From assembly GCA_977017575.1 (NCBI GenBank), contig CDRNVI010000043.1, positions 682,001-746,000 on the forward strand: a stretch of 64,000 bases of DNA, written 5' to 3'. Under the pieces are notes generated by a model. It worked only from the letters and a program-made list of their open reading frames with translations, made no database searches and was not told the origin of the DNA. Each line of letters starts with the position of its first letter. Within the stretch, counting starts at the first letter, position 1. Positions 59,716 to 64,000 of the stretch are shown here, one piece after another. The translations under genes were made by a program, and so were the position numbers. The DNA is from Paramoeba atlantica. Taxonomy: Eukaryota; Protista; Discosea.

Positions 59716-62700
59716 TTTTTTTTTTTTTTTTTTTTTTTTTTAAAGGAAAACATGCAATGGCAGTACTTGAAACCAGTGCTATGATATTTATCGATCTAAT
59801 TATCTGCATTGTCAATTTCTGCATGTAAATTTCTTAGTTTTTCCTCCTTCCACAAGCAATCAGCCCACCCCAAACTAGCAAACAATTTCCCCCCACGAAG
59901 CCGCCTCCCTGAAGAGAAATGCAGTGAAAAAGTGACACCCGAAAGGTAAAAACACCCGGGGGTTTTTTCTATCCCCCCCACACTTTGCCCTACCCCCCAC
60001 AATTAAATCCCAGCTCGTACCGGTTGAGCTCGCGAGTAGAAAACCCCTTTCGCATGAACATTACTCTTCAATTCCGTATCCATTAATAATCGCGTCGGGG
60101 GATGATGTAGGCAGCCGCAATACGAGCATACGAGCTTGTGCCCTCATTAGGGCGACGTTTAGTGTCGTCACCAGTTGGTGTAGTGCTTCCCCCTTCGAGA
60201 GCGTGCCCCCGGAGTACGCTGCCCGGGAAGTGGAGACTTCCTTGAGTATCGCGAAGGCACTGGGGCACCATGCCCCGTATGATTCCACCACCATAGCGCC
60301 AAACTTGTGACGCGCTGCGTCTGCTTCCTCTCTTTGTTTCTTCTTGTTCTCCGTTGCGTAGCGCTCCGCAAAAGACCCCGCCGTCACCCAGTTAGCATCA
60401 CGGACTAAGTCCGTATACTTTGGCTGCTGAACATGAGTGACAGCGAAGTCTAATACAAGAGACTGGCCTACGTCGAAAGTAGAGAGGAAGACGTCCCCTG
60501 GCCTAGTGAGGGCGCCCCCAGGACCCGTGTTCCCCAGGCTCACTTCTCGCCGCGGGGTAAACCCAGCTTTCGCGCATTCTGAGGAGAACTGTCCCGCTAT
60601 AGCGTTGTGTCGTGCTATGATACCGTGCCCGCACTTGCATACCAGTGCGTGATCACCCTCGGGGTCAAGTGGCAGGGCGCATTTCTCCATAGGACATGGC
60701 CGGGAAGCCGGATAAATAGCGTCTCCGAGCCACCACCGCACAAGAGTACGAAATTCAGTTGGTGTGTAGGCCAAGCCGTTTTTCTTAGAGGGGATTACGA
60801 AAGCCCACTCCGAGGCCCCTTCTCCCGTTTCCGATATCCATCTGGCCCTCGTTCGGAGATCGGCACGAGAAAAGGCCTCCCGAAATTCGCGGGAGGCGAT
60901 GGCATGACTAAGATCACGCTGGCGAGGGATTACGAGCTCTTGGCTAGATTCCTGCTCGTTATTATTTGAGTAAGGAGAGTCCGTCGACAATGCGAGACTT
61001 TTCGGTATTAATCCACATTGTTGTACCACAGTTGTCCCGGCGCGTTTATTGACCTCCTGTACAGCTTGGGTGAACCCCTCGGCATCCGCCGGGTCCCATT
61101 GGTCCTTGTCTGAGGCGAAAGCGACGGAGGCCACGTATGCGGAACTCGAGTATTCCTCCGCTGACCGGAGCCCCAACCCCCCGTACCGCTTTTCGCGTTG
61201 TGCCTGGCGTCCGGCCCTATCGCTCAGAGGACGAAAGAAATGTTCAGTGGTATGTTGGACAGCATCATCTAAGCGTTTGCAGAGGTCCTGTAGTTCTGCT
61301 GTTGGGGTTGTTCTGAGCGAGTACACCATTTGACAAAAACCCGTACAGTGCCGGATCAGAGACAAGGCGATCTGGGGGTCTTCGAGCGCCGTTATAGCCT
61401 GCAACGATTCTTCGGCCAAGTCGATCGCATTGTTGAGGATGAACTCGCGGCAAAATTTGGTGGATCCAACTGGACTCCCCAAAATATGGAAATTGCCTTC
61501 TGTATTTTTATTCAAACCGGGGATATCAGGGAAAAGGGAGGAACGGTGGGAGGAAGCGGTGTGAGACGTAAGCTCGCACTTGGCGGCATTGAGATGTAAA
61601 CCCCATTTTGGTCCGGATAACGTAATCACATCCAGTGCGTGCCGTACGTCGCTAGATGGACCGGCGATTACCCCGTCATCTAAGTACCAGAGGTTTAGGG
61701 TGAGTTTCGGGGCGGCCGCACGGATTTCCATGGAAACTTCTTTCATGACCAGTGAGAAAAGAAGAGGGCCCAGTGGGTCACCTTGCTGTACTCCTTCAGA
61801 GGATGCGATGGTGCGGGAACCAAAGGTAAGAACGCTTCCAGTATTGTAACACCATTCCACATAGGAAGCCAGTTTAGGGAAGTGTTGGCGTGCTAGGGCC
61901 GTGAAAGAATCCCGTGAAACATTGTTAAATGCGTTTTTGAGATCAATCTTGCATAGTAAAAAATCGTCGTCATCAGTGTGTTCTTCCGGCAGAGATGTAT
62001 CACCCTTTCTGCACCCGCAGGTGTAGCTACACCGTACTGGTGCCCTTTGAAAAGTTTGCGGGCCTGCCCCCTAGCCGCGAAGCAGGCGACTTTGCTTGCC
62101 AAGCGACGAAGGGTTTCTCCAGCTGCAATCGGGCGTACGTCATGTTCCCCTTTTTTCAAGGCGCACAACCGACCCCCCGCGTAGTGGTCTTGGGCTTCTA
62201 AAGGTACTTTTCCTGCGAGCATGTGATTGATGAATTTGGTGATTGTGCCCAGAGGGTCGGTATACGCGTCATGATGATACTGCGTTGCTACCTGTAGATG
62301 CTCCGGTCGCAGACCAAAGGCCCCACCTGAGGACCCTCGGTGAAAAGTGGAGAGAGCTTCGGCCACTTCTTCTTGAGTCGCTTCAAGCGGTTCAGCATCC
62401 GGGGTCAGGAGGTTTTGCACGTTGGAGGTGGATAGCCTGGGTGGGTGCTTAGACTGGAGCTTCGCGTAGGTCGCTTCATCGTCGGGGGCAAGAGGTTCAG
62501 AAGTTAGGGCAGTCATGGCTCGGGAGAGCTCTCCGTCACGAACAAGCCGTTCAGCACGTAAGACCGCTTTCTTTTCCTCTTCCTCCATGTTCTGCGCTTG
62601 TGCCACGCTTTTCTTTTTCCGTGTGAGACTAGAAACCGCTTCGTTCCACAGCGCCAGGAATTCTCCCTTGGCCCATCTAGCTAGACACTTCCTTACATGG

Positions 62701-63700
62701 GAGGCGTATGACGCTTTTGCGCGGTTACCTCCACGGTGGGGGGCGGGTAAAATGCACTTAGGCAGCATGGCGAGAAGTGTCCAAGCTTCGAGTGTGTTTT
62801 CGCGGATCGCCGTGGATAAGCATCCGCTAAGCGTCTTGGCCCATTCTTGCCTGCAGCGGTCTGGGATGTTCTTACAGGTATTTATGGACAGAGCGCTGAT
62901 CGAAGATAAACTCGGAAGGGGTGGATCTATGGCCTGTACGCTCTCGCTTTCCGTGGTTTGATTAGCTGGAGAGGTGGCCGCTTTAGCGAGAGTTGTATTC
63001 GTATCAGGAGTGGCGTTGTTCGAGGGGGTTGTCGGTGGAATGTGGTGTGGTGAACGGCGGGACGTGCAGTTCTTGGCATGAGAATCTCGCTTTCCTAAGT
63101 CGTAGTGCTTGTTGCAGTCTTTACAAAGAAAGCGCCCCTCTTCCATCCACCAGGTATCCGAAACCTCGTCCCCATGTCTGTGGGCTACGTGGTTATAGAA
63201 TGCCTGCCAGTGTCCCCCGTGAGACACTGTTTTCCATGCGCATCCCTGGAAAGAACATTTCCGCACGTGTCCATTTTCGCTGGGCGTCTTTTCCCGTCTA
63301 GCGGAGGGCGTCTTGGGGATGTGCAGTTTCTCGGCGGTCATGGAATCGGAGTGCCCAGTTTTCGCCACCTGATGACGCTTGCGTTTCCCGACCGATGCGT
63401 TTGGGTTCCGTTCGTCGGGTGGCAATTCTCCTGACGAGCTGCCAGCGCTTTCTGCTATGGTTTCTCCTTCGTTTGCTGCAAGAGTGCATGGTCCGGGGGA
63501 GTTCAAACTGTAGTCTGTGTTGTCTGTTTTGTCTTCGCTGTCGGCTCCGGACTCATTACTCAGCTCAGTAGCAGTAAAAAAAAAATGCATTTCGCTCGTT
63601 TTATGATGGTCCTAAAAAATTCAATTGATTGAGATTACGTAAATATAATTCTCAGAAATCAAATTTTCCACCAACTCCTCAATAATCTAACGTAAATTGA
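59716..63700 (-). mobile_element. A-type CRE element E, near full length, with a frameshift near 61985
   Basis: ORFs 61893..63590 and 60061..61860 are joined by EHTDDDDFLLCKIDLKNAFN in the second frame. Poly(A) at 59716-59741. No SL and no LsmAD-like segment seen. Confidence 0.88.
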
Positions 63701-64000
63701 AGGTATTTTTTTTTTTTATTCTATTAGAATTTCCCTGAGTTGGTGATCTCAGGCTACTATTGAAAAGGGAATGTTATGGTCTTTCGGTTTTATATAACAA
63801 TATCTTCATATAGTCGAACGTGTACGAGCTGCCGTCATATGTTAAGAATTTGGGTTTTCTCAAATACCCGTAAATTTAGATTACAAATTTTACTTTAAAG
63901 AGACTTTAAATATATCTTATAGGCGCAATTCACTCATCCACTTCTCTGCTGGAATGTAGTCTCGGAGCTGCGACACTACCGTGTACGCTGACATTTTTTC

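Noticed and set aside
41-63489. The many 60-200-aa antisense or alternate-frame ORFs
   Set aside because: They are shadows of element ORFs with no recognisable motifs and are duplicated only because the elements are.

Overview
This window has no recognisable host genes. It is a nested retrotransposon cluster from a eukaryotic nuclear genome, most likely a euglenozoan (kinetoplastid/diplonemid-like). Evidence for that: a 38-nt spliced-leader (SL)-like sequence with the conserved CAGTTTCTGTAC core, plus element classes typical of kinetoplastids. Contents: (i) many CRE/SLACS-clade non-LTR retrotransposons (RT + restriction-like endonuclease) of two types, called A-type and B-type here, stacked head-to-tail through poly(A) tracts, several beginning with the SL; (ii) two complete VIPER/TATE-like tyrosine-recombinase retrotransposons (gag-YR-RT/RH, split direct repeats) and two remnants; (iii) an ingi/L1Tc-like APE-RT-RNaseH element whose insertion, bounded by a 12-bp TSD, includes a 249 x 18-bp array; (iv) a MITE-like TIR element; (v) a ~9.7-kb tandem duplication. 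Most interesting leads: apparent dual recoding in both VIPER-like elements (-1 frameshift to RT, stop readthrough to YR, RT frame open across all of YR); an Ataxin-2/Pbp1 LsmAD-like domain in A-type CRE proteins; a 9.6-kb poly(A)-spaced concatemer inside one 10-bp TSD; the 18-mer array; a covarying 3'UTR RNA structure; and a conserved bulged hairpin at the VIPER circle junction. Coordinates were counted by hand and family and domain calls come from motif recognition, not database searches.
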